Origin: Balanoglossus misakiensis
Lineage: Eukaryota; Animalia; Hemichordata
DNA: 64,000 nucleotides
Assembly (NCBI GenBank): GCA_040954595.2
Contig: CM082576.2
Location: forward strand, 7,319,129-7,383,128
Direction of reading: 5' to 3'
Shown here: positions 13,287 to 25,687 of the stretch, piece by piece
Position numbering within the stretch: the first letter of the stretch is position 1
Layout of the letters: each line of letters starts with the position of its first letter
Made by a program: the position numbers and the translations under genes
The notes under the pieces: model-generated
Databases searched by the model: none
Told to the model about the DNA's origin: nothing
The model's input: the letters and a program-made list of their open reading frames with translations, nothing else

Positions 13287-14747
13287 TCAGCTCTTAACGT
13301 TCATTTGGAATTGTCTGACTATGAGCACGGCCGTAGCGGCCTTCACGAAGGGGTCAGGTTGAACCGCCTCCGCCATCAGGGACACTGGTTTTCCCAACTT
13401 GGACGGTTGCCGCACGAAACTGCGTCCTCGAGTCAGTTCTTTACTGTCGTCCTCTTTTTCCTCGTCGCTCTCGTTTTCGTCCTCGTCTCCGTCGGATTCG
13501 CGCTCCCCTTCCTCGTCTATGACCGCATCGATGGAGTTGACCGTGAGAACAGATTTTCCCTTGCCCTGCCGTTGGTGCTCCAGGAATTCCTTTTCCGTCT
13601 CGAATCCCAGCCAGACGTACATTTCATCGGATTTCCGATGATCGATGAGATCGCGAGATCTGAGAATGTCTGTTTTGACGCCGCCGGGAGTTGCGAAGGG
13701 GTTTTCTTTGACGGGCGCCTGGTAATACGGAACAGGCGGGCCGATCAGGGGAACGAATGTCTTCTTGTGCAGGAGGTCCGACTGTTTCCCTTGCGGTTTT
13801 CCCGTTGGTGGAGGAGGAGGGGCCGAGGAAGTGCCGTCCGTCTCCGCGTCGACCTTCTCGGCTGTCGTTACACTGTCGACCGCCGGGGAAGACTTGACAT
13901 GCCGATGGTCTTGTATGGCCGGCAGAGCGGTGAAGTGTCCCGACGATATCATTTGGCTCAACGAAGCCTTCTTCGTCAGAAAGCTGCTCCCGGTTTTCGC
14001 TCGCGGTATCTCCGGGAAATTCAAGAGATGCGTCGGCACGTGGCCTTTAGTCAGGAACACATTATCGGCAGAATCCTTCTCGGGGTCACCGAATCTGCTC
14101 CCCATAGCCCCACTCATCTCGGCGTTCGGGAATCCGTTCTCACTTTTACCGCCAGTCTTTCTGATCATGGATTTCTCTCTCTGCAACCCCTTCTTCTCAA
14201 CCCTTCCCATCTTTGATATGTTCTCCTTCATACGCTGGAGTCTGAGTTCATTGAGAGTTGTGTAGTCCCGGCTGATTGTGTACGAAGACTGCAGTTCGTG
14301 CAGTGTCCTCTTCAGGTACATGTCTCTGGCCTTTTTGGACATTTCGATAGTTTTCAGATCTTTGGATGAGTTGACCGTGTCCGGTTTGTAGGGGTATTCC
14401 CGCCTTGGGGAACCATCGGGTTTTGCCGTCGCTGGAACCGGACCATTCTCCTTGGAATCGTCGTTGTCTTCCGCCACCGCCCCGCCGTCCTCGCTCACCG
14501 ACAGCTTCCTCTCGTCCAGGAGGTTTTTCAAATACAGCATCTTCTTCTTCATTTCCCGCTGATCTTTGGTCATGCTCGCCGCCACGATTCGCCTCTCGTT
14601 CTCAAGCATCCGGACCTCCTTGGCGCCCTCCACAGCCAGGGCGTGGTTCCGTCGCTTGCCCGCGTAGGTGGCGCGAACGCCCATTTTGCTTCTGACGGTC
14701 CGCGTCTCGTCCTTCTTCAGGTCGATGGAGGGCATTCCCTTGGGCAT
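13287..14747 (-). CDS. Uncharacterised intronless 486-aa protein (N-terminal charged/coiled-coil region, poly-Pro, acidic tract, C-terminal amphipathic helix)
   Basis: Long GC3-rich ORF in an AT-rich background, with CCACC-ATG Kozak context and hydrophilic protein-like composition. No family recognised. Confidence 0.8.
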   Translation of the reverse strand: MPKGMPSIDLKKDETRTVRSKMGVRATYAGKRRNHALAVEGAKEVRMLENERRIVAASMTKDQREMKKKMLYLKNLLDERKLSVSEDGGAVAEDNDDSKENGPVPATAKPDGSPRREYPYKPDTVNSSKDLKTIEMSKKARDMYLKRTLHELQSSYTISRDYTTLNELRLQRMKENISKMGRVEKKGLQREKSMIRKTGGKSENGFPNAEMSGAMGSRFGDPEKDSADNVFLTKGHVPTHLLNFPEIPRAKTGSSFLTKKASLSQMISSGHFTALPAIQDHRHVKSSPAVDSVTTAEKVDAETDGTSSAPPPPPTGKPQGKQSDLLHKKTFVPLIGPPVPYYQAPVKENPFATPGGVKTDILRSRDLIDHRKSDEMYVWLGFETEKEFLEHQRQGKGKSVLTVNSIDAVIDEEGERESDGDEDENESDEEKEDDSKELTRGRSFVRQPSKLGKPVSLMAEAVQPDPFVKAATAVLIVRQFQMNVKS

Positions 14748-17700
14748 GGTGGTCGTGTAGTGCGGGTGACAGTTCGGACTTTTACAGTGAGTTGCAAGGC
14801 ATCTGCGCGACTTTCAAATTCCCGCGTTGAGTTTTAAGGAGTAGCTGTTGCTTTGCCAACCATCTTCTGTCCTTGAACGAGTCGAGATAGTTACTGCGCA
14901 TGCATGCAGGGAACACGCGCACACCCGTACGTCTTGGTTGAGTTTAATAAGACTGTCAGTGTCGCACTTTCTTCTGGCAAATTGGAGTCTGCTGTATGCC
15001 CTGCCAACCAGCCACTGTACCTACCAACAAAAACAAGAAAGTATATCAAACCTAAAATAAGCAGCATATCTCAGCAGAGTACATACTCCCACCCGCAGCA
15101 ATTGTTATGCTGTTTTGTCCAAAGATGACAAAATTATATACTTACAACAACTACTACTTGTTTCTTACACAATTAATGCTAATGCAATAATCTCAAAATA
15201 CGTAGTTCCAACCATGTTTAACGCATTTAGTGTACGTTGTTGGTAAACGTCTCCGACGCTCAGAAACATAAAAAAATCTAGGGGCAACCGCATCGATAAG
15301 TCACAGGGCAGAATAATTAGACAATTTGACAGACAGATAGACACGACAGAGACAATAATTTATCACGTTTATCGTTTCTGTTATGTTTGTATAAATGTAA
15401 TAAAATAGTTTCTATGCCGTTTAGGGCGCGTGCACCCAATCTGTTTTTCAAGCGCCAGCGTTGAGTCATCATCACGAGCCGCGCCGGGGTCTCAGGAGTG
15501 TTTCACCCTCTGACACCTGTTGGATTCGATCGGTCGCGACTTTTTTCAAGTGTCTGGTATGTTTTGACGACTACACAAGTCGGCCAAAGTACACTTTACA
15601 ACATTAAAAGAACACCACTCCATTAAATGAATGCAGAGTCAATAAACCCGACTTCATGATGATGATGATGATAACGGCAGACTGGAAGATAAAGAGCGCG
15701 GATTAACAATGGCTGCATAGTGCGGCAGGTGACCCCTAAAAAGCCATGACGTGACCAGTTGTACTGGGCAGTTAAACGCGTCAGATTTTAACGAAAAAGC
15801 TTTCGCGAGTCATGAACTATTGAAAAACATGTCTTGTTGCCAAGTAAGAAGTCAGTCCCGGTAGATTTCTAGATCAAAGGTCCGCGATTATGGAGTCATG
15901 TTCGTTGTAAGTCGGACCTGGCTGTCAATTTAAAGTCACCATGGTGTCTCACCAAAGGCACTTCAGACAATTGAAATATCGCCTCGGGGGCAAACAGAAG
16001 AAACAGAATGGACATTCGAGGGAATTACTGCCAATTTTTGGACAGCACTGCCACGCATACCAGTCATGCAAAGATCACCGACGCATTTTATGGCGACCGA
16101 GTTGACGACCGCAAGTTTTACCGCGTGTACGAGTGAATGATATGGTGCCACTGGTTCGTAAAGGCGAACATTGCTCCGAAGTCGTTACATTAAAAGACAG
16201 AACATAAAGTAGAGTAACATCGCAACTTGTGATGCCACTTATCGATATTGCATTGGTAACCTGACCAATAAAACTACATGTATAGTGTCAAACGTGTCTA
16301 GCCCCTGTTATCGTCGTGGCTACGTGCAGACGCCATCGACCGACTGTTTACACCGTTCTTTTTACACCAACACTTAGAAATATTCGGTTCATAATTTAGT
16401 AAACTTTTTTTTTTATCCGGGGCGTTTCAGGAGGAAGTCAATGGTAACCAGGGCCGTCCATGACTATTCGGACGCGTCGGGTATCGATATTTCGCAGTTC
16501 GAGCGAAGGCAGCGGCGGTCATTTCCATGGAAACGTCACGCCAGGGTGAAGCCAGCAGTCAAAGCCGCATGTTTGGGTGGCTTCGCTGTTATTTTAATCC
16601 CTAAAATGCCACAGTCTTGTCTCCGGAGAATAATGGCATTCGAATGAATGCGAGCTTGGGATCATCCGAATTCTTACTGAGCCATGTCCAAACATGGGAC
16701 TGAATCTCCAGGCGATTAAGTTCGAACGACTTGTAACCCTGTTTAAACAGGACATGTTGTAAACAGAGGAATGTAGGACTGGGCTTGGTAATAAAAGTGC
16801 CACCTACCTTTTACAAGGTACTGATGTGAATGTGGGCAGTAGTTGCTTCCTCAAACCCGTCTTACAAAGCTTTCAGTCATGAGTTTGGTCACAGTACTTC
16901 TTTATGGTTTGATCATGCTTTTCGGTCACTAGTTCTGTGTGGATCTTTGAATAAAAACCACTGGGTGGGTAAAAAACGGACAACTGCGAGTTGTTGAACT
17001 ACATAAATGCGACGGGTTGTATATTTCCCGATGGAACACGGAATACAGTGTCGTCTTTACCCCCGAATTTAGACAGTCCTCAGGAAGTGTTTACCTCGCT
17101 ACAGAAACAAGGGTCTTGGAACTCATCGCGAGGGATGGTCGACGGCAAACATGCGCACCTGTTACCCTAACTCGGTGGTAACCGGCCACGTCGGACAGCA
17201 GTGACAAGTGGCGAAAGGTCATGCACCCTGGCCTTAGAGAAAAATAATGTGTGACAGACAAGCCAAACTGTGTGGGGAACTTGACATATGTGCTGACTCC
17301 GCTATGGCGTTCAAAGTTTTATAAACTCTCTAGGGCTCCAAACCAGGGCGCAAGGAAACCGATGTGTTTCAAGTAGACCCCTTCGCATAGGAATCAGATG
17401 GTTTGTTCCACAGTCACAAAACAAAAGATACTCTTGAATAGACTGATGTTATGTATGTTAATCACTCGTAAGTATTGGGCGACAACAAAAGCGATGGGTC
17501 TTACGCATGGTTGCCCGAAGGGTGTCGTGGCTTTAAAATAGTTGCAACCATTGTGGTGGATGTTTGCACTAAACTAAAAAGCGCTATCGAAAGTTGGAGT
17601 ACGCGTAATTGCAGTAGTGCATTGATCTAAAATGGTCCGTGACACAGTTCAGACCAAATATTGATGCAGCACTTGCAGACGCTTTAGACAGGTGGCATCT

Positions 17701-19120
17701 TCACACGACGTACGCGACGGCGGTGCGCCTGTAAACTAAACCGTTGTCATAACGACCAGGTGGAACGCGCATCGCGGAATAGCGGACTGTGCAATTCAAT
17801 CGTCCGCAATCACTTTGGCTCTTTGTCATAATAAACTAATTGACACCTTTCTGGTTACTGTACATTATCAGCACTCGACATTTGACAACAAAACTGTTTA
17901 CACAAATGGTCCACGCACTGGCATTGACGCCCGAGACGACAGTTGAGAAGCGTACATCGGCTGAGGGCGTACTTCATTGAGCTCACCACAGGCTGCACGC
18001 ATACATGATCATTTTGATCTCCAATGGTGCAGTGTCCGAATAATTAAGACATGGAATAATACAATGCTATATAAAAACGCTGAAAAATGGCAGTGAAGAA
18101 TCAAACATCAACTGCGCCGGATAACTAATCATGCAATTAATAATAATTAAAATTTTGAGAGGAAATCGGGACTTTAGAACGAATTTTTGTGTCTCCCGTG
18201 CTGGGACACCCTCTGCACTGCTATTTCCATCACTGAATATGACAATAAAAGGCCAAATGAGCTGCAACTCAATAAAATATGTTAAGCTTGAAATATCTCC
18301 AATACCGACGCAGTATCCAAAATGAGACAAAAGAATACGGTGCTATATATACTTTTTATAACTCCCCCTTTCCACCAAAGAAATCTAGAAAGTCAGTGAA
18401 CATGACAAACAGTCCTGTTTACCACCACACATGTTTTGCTTCTATCAATCAAGGAATGTTTGAAAGTATGGAACAATCAGTATGAAAAATAAAACAATCT
18501 GTAGTCATTAACATATTAGTAATGCAATCCCTTCTGTGGGTGAAGATTTCCATGAAACAATAATAGGAAAATAGAAAAATTTAAAAAGCATGATATAGGC
18601 AAACAAATCAAAGACTTTTATTCTTTTCACAAACAAAACCGCATCGACCCTCTGACACATGATGCATCGTTCCATTTTCCATCGAGTAAAAATAACTATT
18701 TGTTTTCGCTCTAAAAAGTTGTCGAGGTATTTTGGTACCTCTGTGATCAGATGATTCACTGATGCGCTCACGAGGCAGTACACATGAATTCGCACTTTTG
18801 TGGCAACCCGTATAAACCGGTTTAGATCCAACTAAGATGATAGGGTATTGTCAACATGTGTGATCAGTACTAAACTTCAATCGCATGAATTTTCTTCGGA
18901 AAAGATGTCAATTTGGTGAGAAAACTGTGCAATTTATTATGCTATAGGGCACACAGCTTTCCCCAAAGTGCTGAAATTTACCCATGACACAATATCGTTG
19001 CCGATTAACCGAGTGCGCCTCCCCTCTAAAAATGTGGAACAACCCGCCGTTCAGCTGATCATCACCAGGCACTTCCCCGAGAAGCCATCGAAGCCCTAAC
19101 CATATGCAACTACAGAGAAA

Positions 19121-21983
19121 ATGGCGACCGCGTTGAAAGTGGGGAGCGTAGTGTCTTTGGTGATCGTGTTTGCAGCTTATTATTACAAGAAGAATCTCGA
19201 TGGACAGATGAGGGACCAGCTGGCTGTCATTTCGGACAGCCTGCTGCGTGCCGAGAAGAAGTACAGCGTGACCCCTAAAACGCGAGTCGCCATTGGTCTC
19301 GGTGGATGCGAAGATGTGTTCACAGACGCCACGGACCTGTTGGAAACTTTTGGAATGGAATCCCCCGACGAACCCAAGCATCACGACGTAGTGGAATCAC
19401 GGCACCAACTATCCGAAACCTTTGCCTACTTCTTTCGACACGGAGCTGCAGCCGAGTATGTATGCACGTCACATAGGCACAGCAACGTCTTGTTGTTTAC
19501 TTCCGGTATTCGTAGCTCGTCCATTGCAAGCAATCGACGTGGCAGTGATTTCGAAACACACATTCTTTAATTATTAACGATAGAAATCAGTGTAAAGCAT
19601 AGATATACCACAATCTTAAGAGGTATAGAGGGGCTTAAAATCCGTATTTCACTGGTCGGGGTGTTTCAGCCCAAGTACTACATGTACTGGCTGATAGCCC
19701 AGGTGAAAAATATGGCAAATCACGTATTGCGCAATAGTGTACTAATTTCAACAGCTGATAAAGAAATTGCCCGTATATTTCTTACAGTTTAGCCATTGTT
19801 CAGAACCAACAGCCTCGAACCAACCGATGTTTTCGTTAAACAAACAATTTTACTAGCTGTTGACTTCAAAATCCTGTACCAGAAGTAGATCAAGGACAGT
19901 AGCCTGGGAAAAATTGCAAGTCATGATTTTAGTAGTCAGTAGTTTACCCATTGATGGATGCCAACTGAAGCTCAGTGTGCTATTTAAAGGTGTAATGCAT
20001 AAAAATATGACCATGAAAAAAATCCTGCCAAATTATCTCATTGTGCTTGGCAAATTGCTTTCTGAAATATCATTTATCAATGTAGAACTAACGTCACTAT
20101 ACTATTACGTCAGAGAAGTATTTTAAAAAAAGATGTGGGTTTGGATCTTCATCAAACACTGGGTCATAAATAATGTCACATACGACAAACAACCAGGTTA
20201 TGATTTCATTTTGTGTTTTTTTTCCAGGCGTTACGTGTCAGACAAGGAGTTCTTCACGAAAGTTGTGGAAGTAGCAAAACAGCTGCCTGATTCCAGACGA
20301 GCGTTGGGAGGGAATGCACCGGTGATGGCCAACAGACTGGCAAGTGAGGGATGTGATGTCCTTCTGGGAGCATCTATGTCCGAGGATTTGAAGACAGAAT
20401 TGAGAGAAGAAGTGCAAGGTAAAAACAATACATCAAGGCTCAGAGTCATCCGTAAATTACTCTCAAAAGGGGACTTCGCTTATAGACAAATTTCCTACAT
20501 TGTAGGTACAAAATGCTTTCCGTTGACATCTATCCCCATTGCAATTTTTTTGACAAAATCTGTGTTGTGTTTATTGCCTTTCATGTTTTATCGCTTTCTT
20601 GTATTCTTTCTCTGTCTAGTAACTGGGGGTATTTTACCAGAAGATGATATTCACCTGATCATGGAATATAATTCTGGTGAGAGATGGGGAAAATACACAT
20701 CACCAAGAGCAAATAGGTGAGTGACAATGTCAGTGACCTTTATGCAAATATTTGACCTCATTCAGGAACGGCCAGGAAACTCTTGGACATGAACATTTAT
20801 TTCGTTGTCAATGTCTCATTGGTGTAAGTTACAAAGGGTTAAAAGACAGTGTTCATTTTTCTCTCTCACAGATTTATAATTCATAGTGATGTCTCTAATC
20901 CAATGCTTGAATCATTGGAAAAGTTCCAGAGCAGATTACCAGGTTTCCAGCCCCACCTCCTGGTCATTGGTGGCCTCCAAATGATGGACAACTTCCCGTC
21001 AGGTAAAGTCAAAATACGTGACTACTACAGTGTATGTCCAGTCCAAACTACCTGTTGGAGTCTTAGAATCGCTTTGCCGTCTTGCTCATCAGCCAGTGGT
21101 TGTGTCATCTTGTTTCAAAAAATCAATGTTTTCACTCTTTGCAATCAAGATATGGTGCTGATACATAGTCAATGTGTTCTATTGAAAGAAAATTAAGGAA
21201 ACTGAGTGTCTTTGATCTGACAACAATCTGGTCTGTGGATTGTATGGGTTTGTTCAGTTCATAAGACCTGATGTTATTTCAGTCCTAATTTTGTATCAAT
21301 TTTTTTTTCCAGCCAAGAGAAAGGAGAGGATTACAGCGCTTGGTGAGATGTTGAAAAATTCCCCCGGAGATATGAGGATACATTTTGAGATGGCCTCCTT
21401 CTCCGAGGACGACATGCTGGACCATCTGTACGATCACATTCTGCCGTACTCGGACTCCCTCGGGATGAACGAACAGGAACTGGCAAACCTGCACTCCAAG
21501 CTGAACTACGGCAATGTGACCCTGGTGTCGGACGCCTATCCGAGAGTGGCCACGGTGCTGGACCAGATGAGAATGGTGTACAACCTGCTGCACAAGAAGA
21601 CCCCCCAGGTGAACGGGCAGAGGCGCGTCACTCGAATCCACACGCACACCTTGGCGTTCCAGGCCATTCTCACGACCAGAGACTCGGCGTGGAAGAACAC
21701 CATGGCCGCGGCGGCCAAGGCCTCGCTCACCGCGTACAGGCACGTATGCGCGTCGCCGGACATTGACACGGCCAAGGTCAGGTTGATTATGGACGATTCC
21801 TTCTCCGTGTCCAGACAGCACGGCAGCCAGAGAATACCGTTCAGGCCGGACAGACCGGTGTCCTGTTGGACCGAATACAATTACGAGTTCTGCATTGCGC
21901 CGGGTCTAGTGTGTACTGAAGTCATACAGACTGCTGGCGGTGGAGACAACGTGTCCTCGGCGGGACTTGTCCTGCAAATATAA
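19121..21983 (+). CDS. ADPGK: ADP-dependent glucokinase (474 aa, 5 exons, N-terminal membrane anchor)
   Basis: Exons 19121-19455, 20228-20418, 20620-20716, 20872-21002 and 21313-21983 total 1425 nt in frame. Motifs: GAAAER, GGNAPVMA, PRANRFI, HFEMAS, SLGMNEQEL, RIHTHTL and C-terminal TAGGGD (catalytic Asp). Confidence 0.95.
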
Positions 21984-21990
21984 GCGTGTC

Positions 21991-22083
21991 TTTACCCTTT
22001 CACCCCCCAGTACTGTTTCCTCGGTCCAACTTTACCATAGAAAACAATGGCCTTGGACCAAACCACCATAGTGAAAGGGTTAA
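21991..22083. mobile_element. ~95-bp piggyBac-type MITE, copy 1
   Basis: TTTA-CCCTTTCAC ... GTGAAAGGG-TTAA terminal inverted repeats. Internal sequence is shared with the copies at 31918 and 50446. Confidence 0.8.
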
Positions 22084-23399
22084 GAGACTCATGATATGAA
22101 GGAAAACAGCAAAAACAGTACAAGCAATATAACAATTTTCAGGTTATCCTGAAGAAAATGCGCTGGACATATCTTCTGACATAGCAATGATTTACTCCGA
22201 AGACTTGCAATTCTAATTTCGTCTGCTTACCATAATTGTATGGTTTCTTTTTTAAATTTTACTTTTGTTTTTAACCTGTACACAGAATGAATCTGTAATA
22301 ATTGAAAAATCAGATTATGGTATTTTTAACAAATTGACTATTTTAGAGAAATTCTTTTTTAAAAGACTCTAAGTTTACAGTGGAATGACTAGGGAAATAC
22401 CCTATACAGAAACGTTCATACAACTTAAATAGGGTTTACACTGTGGCCCAGCTGTGATTTTTTTATCCATATTGTTCAGCAGATACTTTTGTTCCATGTC
22501 ACTCAATCAGGGCACAACTCATATAAGAAAAGTGGACAGCCCAAGGTTGTCAATAATAAAAGACAGCCTTCTTTTAGTTATGCAACTGCAATAAAATGGA
22601 AAGCCCAAACTTGGAAAGAGACATTAATTCTGCAAAAGATAAGAATGTCATAAGTACAGTTTGTATGTAAATCTGCAAGTCATGTAATATTCATGAAAAT
22701 GAAGATGCAGAGTAATATAACTTTTTAACTTGCTGAATGTTAAGTGACCAAAGGTTGCACAGAATATATGCAAAAATGTCTCGTACAAATATTCATTATA
22801 AATTAATGAGATAAACTGATAGGAGTTTTGACGGAATATATTGTGCAAAAATCAGGGGTTGCTGCCAATTGGTAGCTTTTGTTATGCATGTGAAATCACA
22901 ATAATTGGGGACCATGACTGTGGAGTTGTCTGGTGTTAATGCATTAAGATGTGGCCGTTTACAATAGAAATTTTCATCAGTAAATTAGCAGACATTTCTT
23001 GACTTCAAAATGCTTGCACAATCATGAGGTGTAAGTCAGTACCTCAGGTAACATGAAATCATAGGATTGCCTGTGATGAAAATGTCCAAGTAATTGTGTC
23101 TGACAATGTATGTATCTATTTTGAGAAATAAATAAATCTTAATCTAATTATAATGAAGACAACTTGGTGGCTAGTGTCATTGTTTTTTGACAATGCATTT
23201 AGGCATGACTGCAAGTGGGCAGTATCACAAGTCACTCGAGTGTCACATTCACAGGGGAATCATATGCAAATTGACAATACAGTAGTTGTTTTTGATCAGT
23301 GTTTGTGCAAACCATCCATGATCCATTCATTGGAGACAAGCCAACACGAAACAAAGACGATATAAAATGTTGACCAAGTAACCTTTTCTCATACTTTGG

Positions 23400-23700
23400 A
23401 CTTGTCACTTTTTATGAAGTGCGCCTCCATGAGAATGTAGTCAGTTCCTTATTGAGTAAAAACAAAGACCTTCCAATATTTCTGCCATTGGGGGCGCTGT
23501 CTAAATGGTCCTCCATATCTTTCACATTTCTCTGAGGATTTAAAAAAATAAGAAAACACGGTGTTCACCATCTTGTTTCCATAAAAATCCCCACTTAATT
23601 TTTTCTCCATAGAGTTAACACTGAGATGGCTACAATTTTGAAAATGGTGCCCATCTCATACAAAATTGTTCATGGTGACATCTGATTTTTTAATCTCAAG
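23400..23700 (+). repeat. Degenerate interspersed repeat copy, related to 3827-4060
   Basis: Shared core at 23601-23642. Boundaries are approximate. Confidence 0.45.
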
Positions 23701-25687
23701 TTTAATCCGTTCACATCACCTGAATCCATCATCTGGATAGAGTTGTGTATGGGAACAAGGGCACGTTTTATTTCAAATAAAACAGGAACACAGTCAAAAT
23801 AACTTGGTATGTTAATACCAATTTACTACCATAACACCATACAAATAAGCAAGGCAAATGATGCACACCACCGAACAGATCAAATAACTGCAGACAGAAC
23901 CATATGGGACCTTGCGTCTAGACAGTGTGCCCTCACATCACTCAGTCACGTCTTTTAGGGCTGAACTATTCCATAAAGAAAATGTGTTGGGCAATATCAG
24001 ACCGACATTTTTCCAAGTGTTAAAACCTTTCCCCTCTGCTGAGACAAACATATTTTCCCTATCTTTGGCGGGAAACATTTTTTTCCTATTAAATTGTCTG
24101 AAAACCCCACAGGTCCCTGATATTATTAGCTTATTCTCAGTCCAGACCATATACTATTGCTATACAGAATCAGTACTGTTTATGTTGACGTCTCAATGTT
24201 CAATCTGTGAAAACAAAAAAATAGGTGCATGGGTCACGGTAATGAAAACTTTTCTGAAAATGTAACTGGAATATTTCGCACACTGTGTGCGTATTTGTAA
24301 GGACACATCCCAACCACAGGAATCTAAGTAAGTTTAACATCATTTCATAAAGTGGGAGTACCACTTTGAAGTCCAAAACAAAATTTATTTTTGTGATAGC
24401 TAGCAATCAATTACAGCTAACGTCACCATGATCCTCCGTCCCTTGTGTCAATATTGTACAGGATTGTACGGAACAATCTGGCTATCTTTATCCAAGCCAT
24501 ACAAATCTCTCGACTAATTTACAGACTTTTGAAAATCAAACTGGAATGTTATAAAACATACTTTCATCAAAAAGAATTTCCATGATATGTCAAGTATGAG
24601 AAGATTCTCTATGGATATGCCATTTTAAATTAATAGGTAAATTTCCAAAAGTCGAGTCGAATGAATATAAAATGTCTCATGAAAACCTACGACAAATGTA
24701 CTCAACAGACTTTTTCATCATGTTTAGAAGTCAAGGTGGATTCAATTTATACAAGCAATCACAATTAAGTTGCTACAAGTATTACTACAGCCTGACAAAA
24801 ACAACAAAATGTAGCTACACCTATTGGAAACCGGCATGGGTGCAAAACTACACAGATATAGAAATCTGTTGACGATAGAAGTTAGGAAGGTAGCAAATTT
24901 AAACAGATCAGAAACACTGTCCATTTACTTGAAAGTATCTCTACAGTCACAGTTTATAATTGGACAGTATCAGAAAAAATATAGAAACTTACTTTTTTAT
25001 AATTAGATACAGCTACTAGTATTGTCAGGACTGATATGAAATAGCTGCACTCCTCATATTTTCTACAACAAGAAACGGCCAATTGAGTATAAACAAAAAA
25101 GGCACTTTTTCTCTGTAAACACACAATTTGTGGAACTGTAAATAAGTTGTCAATCAATCGTAGTAATTTGTAATTTGTTACAGTTAAGGGGAATGGGTCG
25201 TTGTGCCGCATGGGTGTCCCCCTTGATGAGGATATGTCCTCCCATCATACCAGAGAAAACCCCACTGCAGTCGCCACGACCTACTAGGATCTTCAGTTGC
25301 TGTCATGCCCAGTCCACGCTTCGGTTGGCTGCTTCGTTCATTCTAAGAATTATATCATTTCAGGGATCGTGTGGATGAATTGTAATGTTTATAAACCAAC
25401 AAATGTGGCGCGACGACCCCTTCACTTTTAGAATATACACTCTGAAATTTGGACAGCAGTGCTGTACTCTCTGAACTCTACATCACTTTCCAAGATATAT
25501 GGGATCTCAAAAATGTACTGGTATACACCCATATAAGCTCAATAATTTACAAAACTGTACAATAAGACATAGATATAGCCAAAGAGAGTGACTGTCACAT
25601 GTAGCTCGAATCCACGATCCTATATAATGATCGAGGGGTCTCAGACAGAAACTCTATCTCTCTGTTGAAATCACCGCAAGTTGTTTG

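Noticed and set aside
13260-14695. Plus-strand ORFs of 318, 166, 96 and 80 aa
   Set aside because: Antisense shadows of the GC-rich 486-aa minus-strand CDS. They use non-ATG starts and have no protein-like features.
21285-21880. Minus-strand ORFs of 178 and 114 aa
   Set aside because: Shadows of ADPGK exon 5.
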